NCBI GenBank assembly: GCA_010093605.1
Contig: MU004196.1
Location: 952,606-1,016,605, forward strand
Length of the DNA: 64,000 nucleotides
Direction: 5' to 3'
Source of the DNA: Lophium mytilinum
Taxonomy: Eukaryota
Below, one piece after another: positions 39,136 through 51,142 of this stretch. Within the stretch, counting starts at the first letter, position 1, and every line of letters starts with the position of its first letter. The translations under genes were made by a program, and so were the position numbers. The notes below the pieces were generated by a model that made no database searches, was not told where the DNA came from, and saw only the letters and a list, made by a program, of their open reading frames with translations.

Positions 39136-40349
39136 ATGCCTCCTCTCCGACCCGCCCCCAAGGCTCTTCGAAGCTTGACAAAAGCCCCAGTCCGTGCCTA
39201 CTCCTCCCCCGCCAGCCCACCAACCTCACCCTTCGCGCCTCGACATTTCCTCTCGATAGCGGACCTTACTCCCCAGGAACTCGCTACTCTCGTCCGAAAT
39301 GCCCACAGACACAAGCAAGCAATTAAGTCCGGCTCAGTACCGAAGAACCTGCTGGGGGCATTGGCGGGAAAGACTATAACAATGACCTTCAACAAGCGCA
39401 GTACTCGAACGAGGGTGTCGACAGAGGCTGCGGTCGCTACTCTAGGAGGTCATCCTATGTTTCTGGGCAAAGATGATATTCAATTGGGTGTAAGCAGCCC
39501 CAGGAAGCCCCGTCGTGGAAGCATTCTTTCCCTACATTCGGTTAATGTTGTGACTGAACATACGAAACGCAGGTCAACGAATCAGTCATGGACACCTCCA
39601 TCATCATTTCCAGTATGACGGATGGCATAGTCGCCCGTGTCGGTCCCCACTCCGAAGTTGCAGACCTCGCAAAGCACTCCTCGGTCCCCGTCATCAACGC
39701 CCTCTGCAATGACTACCACCCTCTCCAACACCTCGCAGACCTTCTCACTATCACCGAAACGCGAACTGCGACTTCGGGGCCTACACTCGGACTAGAAGGA
39801 CTGAAAATTGCCTGGGTTGGTGACTCGAACAATGTGCTTTACGATATGTGTATTGGTGCCATGAAGCTGGGCATTAACATGGCTGTGGCCACGCCGTCTG
39901 CCTACTCTATCCCCCAATACATGAAGGATATCATACAATCGCAGGCTGCTACTGCACCACGACCTGGTACACTTACGGAGACGACAGTGCCAGAAGAGGC
40001 GATTCGTGATGCGGATATTATTGTAACTGATACATGGGTCTCTATGGGACAAGAGGCCGAGGCCAAGGAACGCCTGAGGGCGTTTGCGGGATACCAGGTT
40101 ACGAACGAATTGGCGCAGAGGGCTGGGGCAAAAGAGAATTGGCAGTTCATGCACTGTCTTCCCAGGCATCAGGAGGAGGTCAACGATGAGGTCTTCTATG
40201 GGCCTAGGTCGGTAGTGTTCCGGGAGGGGGAGAACAGGCTGTGGACTATGATCTGTGAGTTACATCCAACAGCGGACTTGAGGACTGAAAACTGACTTCT
40301 GGCAGCTGCTTTGGAGGCTTTCGTTGTCAACAAGGGTAAGATTGTGTGA
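39136..40349 (+). CDS. ARG3: Ornithine carbamoyltransferase, mitochondrial
   Basis: RHFLSIADL, KRSTRTR, HPLQHLAD, AWVGDSNN, TDTWVSMG, FMHCLPR. Introns ~39490-39572 and ~40255-40305. Confidence 0.96.
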
Positions 40350-40744
40350 GTAGATCTGACAACGAGCTCGTAGCATAGGAGTTTCGGAGTTTGAATATCT
40401 TCTCGGCCAGTGAAGATTACAAAAGTTAATCGAATTCTTGCACATAGCCAGTCTGTGTTAATCTCACTAATTTTAGATATTCAACCTATTCATGTTGCTG
40501 TAGGCCATTCAACTTCTTTATTTAGATCGCCGAGTACCACAGTAGACTGAAAATACGAAGCAGCTCTATTTCCAGCTCCGCCGAGCCACGTTTCCTTCTT
40601 ACGCGCAAGGGTTTCTTTCATTTCTCACACCTACTTCTAACTTTCACGGACGAATCGTATGCGTTTGTTGTACCCTTGGCATACCACACTGCTTAAGTAT
40701 ACAGCTCCGAATCCAAGCTACTTAACTCTTCCTTCTGCACCGAC

Positions 40745-41584
40745 ATGGATTCATCCGCATACCGAGTCCTGCAGCTGCCAGAACTTCGTGAAAGAATTAT
40801 CTTACAAGCCGGCCTACCGTACCTCCTACGTTACAGGCGCATCAACAAGCTCTGGGCACACACCATCGATACCTCTCCCCGCATCCAGCAAGCCCTCTAC
40901 AATCGACGAATACCGAGACTTGAAGGACCACTTACAGTCCGCGCCGCGCAATACCCCAGGGACTGCTACCACCTCGATTTTTGTGCCTCATGCTGGCGCC
41001 ACCACAACGAGCATCTACAGGATGAACACATTAATCCGCTTCTACGGGAACCTCAGTCGAAGTGGTTCTCCTCGCGCTTCTCGCCAGAATTCCCAAGCGA
41101 GCTGCAATGCTGGACCTTGACAGACGACGGGAAAGTGCAGTTCAGCTACCGCGCCTCCTTAGTCTACCACACCCTCTCAGCCTACTTAGCTTCTTTCGTC
41201 TACACTTACTTCGATCACCTGCCCCAAGAACTAGCCACTGGTTCGTGGCGGGACGCTTATGTCATCATCCCACCGGTATCGCGGATTCTTATACGCGGCA
41301 GTGACATTCTCGGTGGGGCCATCCATAAGGAGTCTGTCGTCCTTGCGGCGTCCGAGAGTGTCCGCGTGGGCGAGGTTTTCGATGCGATGGAGGAGATCAG
41401 GAAGTCTAAACTACTGAGCCGCCTTCTGCTGGAAAGAACTGTTCTCGCTATTGTTAGTGTGGTGGCCTGTTATTATGTGCCTTTAGGAGATGAGTTTTGG
41501 CTGCGAGTTCATGCCTCAGCTAGGTTTGTTCCAATGTGCGCACGCCTGTTTGGCCCGTACTTATTAAAGTGGTGTCTCTTCTAG
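40745..41584 (+). CDS. F-box-like protein with C-terminal hydrophobic segment (paralogue 1)
   Basis: VLQLPELRERIIL...LLRYRRINKLW..TIDTSPRIQQALY is a fungal F-box-like N-terminus; SWRDAY motif; intronless. Confidence 0.7.
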   Translation: MDSSAYRVLQLPELRERIILQAGLPYLLRYRRINKLWAHTIDTSPRIQQALYNRRIPRLEGPLTVRAAQYPRDCYHLDFCASCWRHHNEHLQDEHINPLLREPQSKWFSSRFSPEFPSELQCWTLTDDGKVQFSYRASLVYHTLSAYLASFVYTYFDHLPQELATGSWRDAYVIIPPVSRILIRGSDILGGAIHKESVVLAASESVRVGEVFDAMEEIRKSKLLSRLLLERTVLAIVSVVACYYVPLGDEFWLRVHASARFVPMCARLFGPYLLKWCLF

Positions 41585-42149
41585 GCCTCCTAGACTACTA
41601 CTGGGGCATGTTCTTTTTCTAAGATGTTACAAGAGTTGAGCGGTTTCCTACAAAATTTTAGTATTCTTTAACTACTACTGCTAGTGACATTCGACACCAA
41701 AACTTCTCTTTTCATCAAGTGCTGAGTTATCAATTCCGAAAACTCTTGGCTTCTGCTTTAGTGCTCCGGTGCAGGCCGAGCGTGTATACAGACCGGTCAA
41801 GATAAATATCTTTGAGTTCATTGGAATGTTTGCATAGACGTTAGGGCACTCACCACGGGCGCAGAGGAGTGCGAGATCTGGCAACGAGGCACTCTATCTC
41901 CTGTTCATGTGGGTGACTTCTGCTCAAAAATCGAACCACGGTTGACATGAGAGTCAACCAAACCCGCTTTCAACTCAGTATAGCCACATTTCTTTTTGCA
42001 ACCCGCATCTCTTTTTCTTCATCAAGCGTTTCCAACAGTACTCGGCCAGACACCAACTCCTAAGCACCATAGTCAAAATAGGGTTGCTTCGGCCCACCGC
42101 GCTCTCCTCTCTTCGCACGTTTGTTCAGGCCTGCTATAATTACCTGAAA

Positions 42150-43016
42150 ATGTCCAACTCCACGCTCGAAGCACCTGCCAGCTCTTCCACCCCCATCAAC
42201 ACCGAATCACCCACCCACGGCGTCCTCCACTGCCCCGAACTCCTCGAAAACATCCTCTCCCAAACCAAATCCCCCCACTTCCACCTCCAACGCTACAAAC
42301 GCGTCAGCAGATTCTGGACCGCCACCATCGCCGCCTCTCCCATCCTCCAACACGCTCTCTGGACCCGCCGACTCCCGCGTCTGGAAACCCAGACCGAACT
42401 CACATGCCGCCGCATGAAAAGTGAAGAGCAGCGCGACGGTCTTTTTGACGTCTTGATCGCGGCGGCATGCCACATGGAAGTCTACCAATGCAGAACATGC
42501 TCGCGCGCCCACGACTTCCTTTCCGACGAGCACATCCACCCAGTCCTCCAGGGCCCCTTTCTGAAAGGTCCGTTTTCGTACTTCGCGCCGCCGAAGCGGG
42601 AGGGCTCGCTCTGCTGGTGCTTGGCGGAGGATGGCACGCCGCAGTTCACTTACTCGACGTCTTTCCCGCTGACATTGAAAAAACCTCCTGGAGAACTGGC
42701 GGCTGGATCGTGGCGCGACGCCTACGCGCTGCTGCCGCCAGTGTCGAGGATCTATGTATGCGGCGAGGTAGGGTACAGCTCTGGGATGGGGGAGGTGAGA
42801 GCGGGCGAGGGCGATGACGGCGTGCGGGTGGGGCAGGTTTTTGATGAGATGGTGCGCTGGAGGAGGAAGGGGGCGGTTTTGAAGGGGGTTGCGATACTTT
42901 GCGTTTTACTTGCGGTCGGGGGCGTGGTTTGGCGGGAGGGCTGGTTGGGTGTGGGGTTGAGGTTTGAGAGGGCTTTGGGGCGGCGTTTGGGGGGTTTGGT
43001 CTTGGGGTTTGTGTGA
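42150..43016 (+). CDS. F-box-like protein with C-terminal hydrophobic segment (paralogue 2)
   Basis: VLHCPELLENILS...QRYKRVSRFW..TIAASPILQHALW; colinear similarity to 40745-41584; ATG at 42150. Confidence 0.72.
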   Translation: MSNSTLEAPASSSTPINTESPTHGVLHCPELLENILSQTKSPHFHLQRYKRVSRFWTATIAASPILQHALWTRRLPRLETQTELTCRRMKSEEQRDGLFDVLIAAACHMEVYQCRTCSRAHDFLSDEHIHPVLQGPFLKGPFSYFAPPKREGSLCWCLAEDGTPQFTYSTSFPLTLKKPPGELAAGSWRDAYALLPPVSRIYVCGEVGYSSGMGEVRAGEGDDGVRVGQVFDEMVRWRRKGAVLKGVAILCVLLAVGGVVWREGWLGVGLRFERALGRRLGGLVLGFV

Positions 43017-44279
43017 TGCATGGGAGAGGATTTAGAAAGGAAGAGGATTTGTTTAGGTTATTTGGCTATACTTATTACGAGCATAGTGACATATACGCCG
43101 GTTCTAGTAAAAGTATAGATTAGCAAGAGTTTGGTTTAGACGGTAGGGTTGTTCACGATCCCTGTAGGCTCTTAACAGTTTAAGAATGCCTAGGTCTAAC
43201 AGCTTCTCTGGTAATGAAAATTGCGGCATTACTAGTAACAAGTGTGGTATCGTGAGGTGAGATGCCTAGAAAACATGAGCAGCTGTAACGACACCGACAG
43301 CGCTGAATGTAATAGTGTGATGTAAGAGGCCTTAAAACTATGAGCAGCGTCTTCCCCCCTCACCTACTCTTTATATCTTCAGTAAAAAATTAACTACGTT
43401 TAGAGGGTGGTGAACGCGTGGTGGGTGAAGCTATAAAGAAGGAAGACTTGACAGGACGAAATTGCCAGAAAACCGCGTCGGAGGCATCTCCCTAGCTGTG
43501 ATGGACTGCACTGAGCAGGTCGTGGCGTTGTGGTAAATGAATATAAATGGGGCTGAGCGTTTAGCATGTGTATATATTTCGAAACATTCCTTGGCTTTCT
43601 CAAGTTACAGCGGCATAGTGGTATGCTCTAGTGAGGCCGACCTAAGAAGCGACTACACCACCTGGGGCTCACTTGTCTTATCACCACCGGGGTGGATGTA
43701 ACTTTTTGCAGTTCGATTCCCACGTGTGCCACCTCTTTTTCTCATTTCGCGACACCATTCTTTTTTAGTTGTTGGCTCTATCTATCTACCATCGACGCAC
43801 CCTATCGCTTAACACTTCTTGTTTTGTCTTGTAACCTGTCCATATTGAACTCGATTTGCTGTTACGCCAGCGCTTCCTGATTCTATCCTTACTCCTCACT
43901 CCTTGATTACCTAGGAGGAGCCGATTCATCCACGGGTAAATCGTTACATCCAGTCATCCTCATAGCCCTCTTCTTCAGCTTCTTATTGAAGTTTAACCTC
44001 GCGTCTACCCTGCTCCGGTTGACGGGATGACGCCGCGGGTACTAATGGTGGTTCCCATTGCCGTGTTCTTCAACCTCGAAATTTCTAATCACTTATTTTT
44101 TCCAGCCAAGAAGGTCCAAGTCATGGTCATATTGTTCCCTATGGCGTCAGACTTCTCAAACTTGACTATTTTTATTCTTCGTAGTCCGAGTTTTCCTAGC
44201 GGTGGAATGCCGTATTTCGATCTTCTGTGTCTTTGCTTGAAGGAGGCTTGGCGTACCGTTTCATCTTCTTTGCGTCCGA

Positions 44280-45632
44280 TTATTTCCCTTTCTTTGCTGA
44301 TAAGGTGCCGTTTTTACTCTTTTTTGCCGTGTCATCGGTTGCTTCGATCTTCGGCTTTATTTCTTTGCATTTCGGTTTGCTAAGCCTTTTCTTGGAAATG
44401 GCCTGAGGATCTTCCTTCTCTAATTCCTTTCCTTTCCCTGTAGGTGAAGTAATCTTCTTTCTACTCTTTTTTGCTGGGGCATCCGATTTCGCCCCCGCAA
44501 TGTCATCAATAAGCCCAGCTTCGCCATCACTGTCGATCTTGACCCTAGCTCCCTCCCATGCTACCCAGGCGGCAGCCTGTAGGAAGCAATCCGCAAGATC
44601 ATCAAACTTCCTGGGATTTCCGCTAACCGGAATCTTCGTTTTTGGCTTTGCCCTCGATGCGGGTGAGCACAGTGTCAGCCTGGTCGCCTCCGCCTCTTCC
44701 GAGAACGAGAACGTAAGTGGGATGATCGACTCCAGTCTCTGTGTCTCCTCCTTACTCCCGCCTGAAGGGTGAGACGAGAAATTCGGACCTGACAGCCACG
44801 AGCGCACAAGTTTGACCTTCTGTGGCTTCTTGACTTTTCCTCGTGCCAACACACTAGTCTCTTCCGTCCCAATCACTTCGCCTTCTGCACCGAGTACCGC
44901 TTTGGTCCTCACTCTGGGGACCTTCTCAGGATCCACCCAAAATGCTCCCACGCGCGCTGGACTGACGTCGAACACAGACGGGAACTCCTTCTTCGTCGAT
45001 TTCGAATGAGAGGCTGTTTGGCGCAGGCTTTCGAGTATAGCCCACAGCATACCCTCCAACATATTCACCCGCACAGTCCACTCCTGAATCGCAGCACCAC
45101 CGCCAGAACGGTACCTCTGCCGCTCAATGAGAATGATATCCGGCTCATACGGCAGTAGAATCCGAGTGAGGAGAGCGTATGCCGTAGCAGCCAAGTTGCG
45201 GGGATGAAACGGATCATCCGGGGCATCTTCGCCATCTGAGTCTTTAGGGGCGGGATCGGAACTCTTCTGCGCGGTTTCCCATGCGACGTCTATGCGGCGC
45301 CAAGCGATGGTGCTCATGTGGCCTTTCGGACTTGCTGGCTTCTTGGTCGTAGATTTTAGCTCTAGCTTGACGTCTGCGACGCAGAAGGCCAGGTTCTTAA
45401 TGCCCATGTCGACGCTGAGGAGTCTAGTCGTTCCGTTGTCCTTTCGTGATGGGTCGGAGATGCCTTCTGAACCGAGAGTACTGGTTGTGTTACCGATGGA
45501 TATGGGCAGGCGGGGCGTTTTGAGGTCTTGGGCTAGCCGTGCTTGGAGCACCGGTCTCGTGCCATTGGCTGGGCTACCAATACGCGCGAGGAGGGCTTTT
45601 AACTCTGCTATCGTGATTCTTTTGGCGGACAT
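44280..45632 (-). CDS. CCE1: Mitochondrial Holliday-junction resolvase Cce1/Ydc2 with N-terminal SAP-like domain
   Basis: TIAELKALLARIG...GTRPVL (SAP-like), LLSVDMGIKNLAFC, ILIERQRYRSGG, VRVNMLEGML, KFDDLADCFLQ; Lys-rich tail. Confidence 0.88.
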   Translation of the reverse strand: MSAKRITIAELKALLARIGSPANGTRPVLQARLAQDLKTPRLPISIGNTTSTLGSEGISDPSRKDNGTTRLLSVDMGIKNLAFCVADVKLELKSTTKKPASPKGHMSTIAWRRIDVAWETAQKSSDPAPKDSDGEDAPDDPFHPRNLAATAYALLTRILLPYEPDIILIERQRYRSGGGAAIQEWTVRVNMLEGMLWAILESLRQTASHSKSTKKEFPSVFDVSPARVGAFWVDPEKVPRVRTKAVLGAEGEVIGTEETSVLARGKVKKPQKVKLVRSWLSGPNFSSHPSGGSKEETQRLESIIPLTFSFSEEAEATRLTLCSPASRAKPKTKIPVSGNPRKFDDLADCFLQAAAWVAWEGARVKIDSDGEAGLIDDIAGAKSDAPAKKSRKKITSPTGKGKELEKEDPQAISKKRLSKPKCKEIKPKIEATDDTAKKSKNGTLSAKKGK

Positions 45633-46442
45633 TTTGGAGGGTCAGGGAGTGATGTGTGTAGCACGCGTCGAGATGTGCGAAAAGAAGGGGTGATGGAGAC
45701 GTCTTTCAATTCCGACTTTCATCTTAGATTGTGCGTGACCGATATAACAGAGTGTAAAGTCCACTGTTAACGTAACATAAATGCCTTCGAATGCTCATGA
45801 CCATGTATAGCGAGAGTAGAAAGACGATAAATTTTCACGACGCGTAGTGGTTTTTGGAACGTGATTAAAGAAAACGCCAAAGATTTGGGAAAGACGTGGT
45901 AGAGACTAGTAGCACAGAAGGACGGTTTGACTAGACATGATGCACACTTGTATAGCCATGATGATGCCAAATATTGAGACTGATGGAGATGCTAGGTGAG
46001 GTAGTTTAGCGCAGCCTCGAGACGGGTTCTAAGCCATCACGTGATTTTCGGTTCCGCTCACCACTTCAGGCCCCGGGACTGCGATCCTTACTTCCCTAAC
46101 ACTTCATCAAACTTTAGTCGCGCATTTTGTTCTCATCAAAATCAAAGCTTTCGAGCTAGAAGTGGACGGATCATTTCTAACCATAAGATCCTAATAGATT
46201 ATCCCTCCTTTATTTACAGCTTTCTTGCGCATGCTGTGAACAACTTGGCAGACTTGCGTGCCGTCAAAAATTACATCCACGCAATGGTTTCGGCGAGACC
46301 TCAACTTCCTCGTCGTCAGCCTGCAAGGCCGCATACGGTTCCGTTGGACACCTTACAGCCGACACAAGATGACGAGGAATCAGACAACCTAATTGCACTT
46401 GCGAGTACTCAAGTACTTGCTTAAATGTTTTGGTTAAGCCAG

Positions 46443-46553
46443 CCTCGTGTATTTTTATTACTTCTATGTACCCTCGTGTATTTGTATTACTTCTATGTAC
46501 CCTCATCTATCCGTATTACTTCTATGGAGCCTCATCTATTAGTATTACCTCTA
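46443..46553. repeat. 29-bp tandem repeat, ~4 copies, in 3' region of GT2 gene
   Basis: cctcgtgtatttttattacttctatgtac / cctcgtgtatttgtattacttctatgtac / cctcatctatccgtattacttctatggag / cctcatctattagtattacctcta. Confidence 0.85.
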
Positions 46554-46589
46554 CGCAACCTCATCAGCCGGTGCTCTTCGTGTAGCAAT

Positions 46590-49064
46590 CTACCCACCCT
46601 TCCCATAGAGTGCCCATGAACCGTCAATAATAAACGTTCCCACGAACAGCACAATAACGTACACTAGCGTCACCCCCCAAATAATCTCCCGCAGCAGCGG
46701 CAAAAACCCCCACACTTGCTTAATCTCCGCATGCTTCGGATACCCAGCGCCCGTCTTCTCGTCAAAATTCATCATATCATCGCGATCCGGCACCGTTGGC
46801 GGGGAAAACATATACACAACCGGGACGAGGTACGAGAGGAGAAGAAACAGCCACCACGTTGGCGGCAGCAAGCTATTAACCATCAGATGGCGCAGCGCCT
46901 GCTTGACATCTCCGGTCTCCTGGCCAATCTTCCACGCACGCCACCAGTCGATGCCAGCGGCGCCGAGGCAGTACAGCACGAAGACGACGAAGAAGTAGAG
47001 GCGGCAGTGGATGCCCATGAGCTTGATACGGGTCCAGAGGGACGCGCGGAGAGTGGCGCTGCGCTCTTTCAGGCGGTCGCGGATGGAGCCGGAGGCGACG
47101 AAGGCAATTTCTTTGCCCCCAGCCCATTTGGGCAGGATGTAGCAACGCAGGATGGTGATGGCGAAGTAGGGTGTCATGAATTGCCAGGCCATGGAGCCGC
47201 GTTGGCCTTGGATGTAGCCAGAGGGCAGGGTGAGGACGATTTCGTTGATGCGCAGGGAGACTACCCAGATGGCGCAGAGCCGGATTTGCCAGCGGAGCTG
47301 CGTGAAGGTTGTGTAGACCATTAGGTCGCGGCCCCAGTATAGGAGCGCGGGGATGATGAAGCAGGCGATGAAGACGGGGATGGCCATCATGGTGTTAAAG
47401 GCGAAAGTGAAGATGCACCAGCGTTGCTTGAATGTCATGTGCTTGGTCTTCAGGACGGCGGTTAGAGAAATACATATTGTGGTTGAAGTTTGCTTACATT
47501 TTTGCCTGGTAAACCCCAGTTGAGTTCCTGTGCAGTTTCGAGAGTGCCTACAGCCCACCGGGTTCGTTGCTTAAGATCTGCAATGTGTCAGCGGGGTTCC
47601 GTCTTCCCGACTGTGGTGTTACTTACGGCTGATGATGCTTTCGGGGACCATGCCTACTTGCATAAACTCATGCAGATACGCAGTTTGGTAACCCATACCG
47701 TTCATCTGAGATGAGAGTAGCTGATCTTCAGCCATGGACGGCGTAGGCCTGGTTTATAGTGTCAATAGTGTCTCAGAGGGTATCAAAATCATGGAAATCT
47801 TACCAGCCGCCCATCTCATCAAGGATGAATCTCTTGAAGACGACGCCACTGCCCGTACACCATGCTGCTCCCATGTGGTCTTTCCGTAGCTCCAAGTAGT
47901 GAATAAATTCGCAGATCGACTGGCAGATGGGGTCATCCGCGGGCACATTCCAGAACGTTTGTGGTGGAGAGATGAGACCAAGCATCGGGTCGCGGAGGAG
48001 GTGCGGCAGTAGAGCCCGCAACCAGGCAGGATCTGGGATCATGTCGGCATCCAATGTAGCCAGATACTCGGCAGCACCTCCAGGAAGATGGACTGCGTAG
48101 TCGATGCCGGATTGCAAGTTTCCTGCTTTGAAATGGTGGGGAACGCCAGGAAGTTTGACGCGAGCCTGATAGACCAACTGCGGATACTCTTTCAGCAAGG
48201 GGACAAGAGCTTCTTGGAGTTTGTCGTCGTTGTCATCGTCGCAGATAATGATTCGGTATCGATCGCGGGGATAGTCAATATTACAGGCGGCTCGAACAGT
48301 GTTGATGATCATGGGAACAACCTCTCCACACGTGGTGAAGAGCACATCAACTGCCGGCACTGCATCGCCTCCGAGACGCAATTTTGGCCGTTTGCGGTCA
48401 CCGATTGATAGCAACAAAACGCCCATCCAGGAGAGATAGGGCACTGTCGTCTCGTTAGCTCCGGTCTACTGGACATTTCAAGTAGCTTACTCAAGATAAT
48501 TCCCTCTATGCAGATGAAAATCCACGATGCGTCTGCCAACCCTCCGTAACTCTTGCGGAATTGGTAGTTGCAAAAGATTCGGTAGCAATAGTACACAGAG
48601 TACGTGATGAACACCCAGGTAATGACGAACGGGTGGATCAGGATCAGCTTGCGGTGCCATGGTTTGACCAAGTCAATGTCATCGTAGATCGACAGCTGCT
48701 CGATGATGTAGTCGCCTGGATCATATCGATGGCTGTAGGCGACTTTGCCTTCTTTAGGCTCAGGATGCTGCTCTGGATCATTGACGGGGCCGATATGATC
48801 TGCGGACGAGCTCGAGGTAGAGTCGTTCTCGAAAGGGCTTCGAACATGCCCGGGAGAGCTCGTAGCTGAACTGTCCACCAAAAGGCCGTGGCGTAGAGGG
48901 GCTACCGCGGGCGTCGAAATGCTTTCCGAGGTGCTGGATGTGTTCGAACTGGACTGGTTGTGGTAGACAGTACCTGAAGTAGGCTGTGGTGAGGTGATGG
49001 CAAGATGGAGAGAGCTTGACGCGGCGCTGCTATCGGGATCACTGAAAGGGTCCTGGGTAGCCAT
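46590..49064 (-). CDS. Processive family 2 glycosyltransferase, cellulose-synthase-like (CelA/Tft1-type beta-glucan synthase)
   Basis: After splicing four introns: DVLFTTCGE, ICDDD, HHFKAGNLQ, LDADMIP, PQTFWN, CTGSG, SMAEDQ, QRTRW (D,D,D,QxxRW); two N-terminal and several C-terminal TM segments. Confidence 0.88.
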
Positions 49065-50082
49065 TCTGAAGTATCCGTCGTTGCTGAAGGAGGATACACG
49101 GAATGACAAGCACCTTCTTTTACATATACCTACTCACTTGTGCACTTATACACTTGTGCACAAGTGCCCTCAATGACAGGGCAGATAACAGCTACATGGC
49201 AGGCGGGAGCTAGCTTGGCATGCACGTTCTGTTGGCATTGAGGAGATGTCAATAAACCGCCTATCTGGGAGCATTTCTGCAGGACTTCAACAACGATTGG
49301 GTGAGGACTGTCGCACCGACATGGAAGATCTATAGCGTAGTTACCTCGTCACATCGTCAACTTCCACGTCGGTGAAGCCTTTCAGGTATTGCTACTGTTT
49401 CAGATGCACATCAGTGCCTTGAAGAGACTTTGCCACACCGGGGCAGCGTTTGAATTAGCCTGGGCCATCTGCGGGTTAAGTCAGTGTAGTTTCTCAGCCG
49501 AACTGCTACAAAGGGACTCGAGCAGCAAGCCTGAGTTCGGGGCCCAGGCCTCTTGGTCCAGGTGGAGCTGAGCTTTATTCCAATCCAATCATAGAGCAGC
49601 AGTGACCATTTCTTTCTTTGAAAGTCTGATTGTGCAGGTTTTTCGATCAGTCCCCAGGTTGGTCCTCGACGGTGGGACAGAAGCATCGAATCGGACATCT
49701 GTCCGCCAAGATGTGATTGTCCGGCGTTTCTAACAGGGATCTTTCTTGCTATACCTCATGGCTATATACTTTTTTATCTACTTTAGTTCTAGCCTCTAGC
49801 TATACTTTATAAAAAAAATTATAGTAAATAGACTAATAAATAGATATTTACTATAAAATAAAAAATTAAAAAAGTAAGAACTTCTATAAATAAAGAAAAA
49901 TAATAGAAAAAATAGTAAAAAATACTAAATCTTAACTACTCTATAGATAATATAGTATAAAATAGTTAAAACTAAACTCTAGATATCCTTTTAAAAAATA
50001 TTTTAACTTAGTAGATATATAATATAGAGAGAGATTAGCATAGATTTATAAAAGTAGAGGTAAAAGGTATCCTATTACTAGC

Positions 50083-50217
50083 TATTAGAAGTAGCTTATT
50101 AAGCTAGTATTCTAATATAAGAGAACTAGGCCCTAGAATAGGGGCTAGTTTAGATATATAAGATAGCCTTAGCCCACCTCTAGTAGATAATAAATTAACT
50201 TAGTATTTCTTTTAATA
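50083..50217 (+). repeat. 5' LTR of copia element
   Basis: Matches 57489-57623 with three transitions; TA...TA ends consistent with RIP-mutated TG...CA. Confidence 0.95.
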
Positions 50218-50229
50218 GGTTATAAGCCC
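50218..50229 (+). promoter_or_regulatory. Primer-binding site of copia element
   Basis: ggttataagccc is the RIP form of GGTTATGAGCCC, the internal tRNA-iMet-type PBS seen in copia elements. Confidence 0.8.
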
Positions 50230-51142
50230 GGGTTTATAATAAGCTAAGTACTATCTAATATACTAAAAACCCGCTTTACTAAAACCTTATTATAGGGGCA
50301 AAATAATAAATAATATTTATCTCCGCTATATAGCCCCCCTTTTTCAGATAGAAATAAGTAGGAGGCTGGGCTAGTTCTAAGCTACTAACTATCTTAATTA
50401 CTAATAAATTCTATCTAGATTCTTCTAGCTCTATACTAAAATCTAAACTAGAAAAAAAAAGGTAGTTAGAACCTAACCACCCCCCAGCTACCTTATTTTA
50501 AAATTAAAAATTAGGCTAAGGGGTAGTTTTACTATTAATACTAGTAGAAACTAGTAACTCTAGAAGAGACTATACCTACTTTTATAATATTAATTCTAAA
50601 TTAGTATATAAGCCGCTCTTAACTCTCCACTTATATTACTAGCCGCTTACTTAGTAATAAAGTATTAAAAAGGCAACCTTTCTCTCTTAATATAAAATTA
50701 TCTATACTTAAGTTATCTACTTCTTAGATAAGATATAATCTACGCAAGCGTTCTCTTAAACCCGCTTATACTTATATCTATTAAATACTTAATTAAACTT
50801 AATTTTCTAGATTATCTAAAATCTTTAATAATTATAATACTCTTTTCCTTAAAGATAATATTAATAATACTAACTACATCTATAAAAAGAGACTAGATAA
50901 AGTTATCTCTAAAGGCTATATAACCGCTAATTCTCTCTCTACTACTAGTAGTACTAATATTTAGGGGCTTTCTATTAAAACCCCTTTATCTACTAGATTA
51001 GCTATTAATACGCCTACGTCTTCTCTGCTATAATTACCTCCGTTACTAATAAACTAGTTACTAGATATATCTAACCTACCTATATCTATTCTTTAAATTC
51101 CTTCTAACTCTACTATAAGCTATATACTCTCTCTATCTCTCT

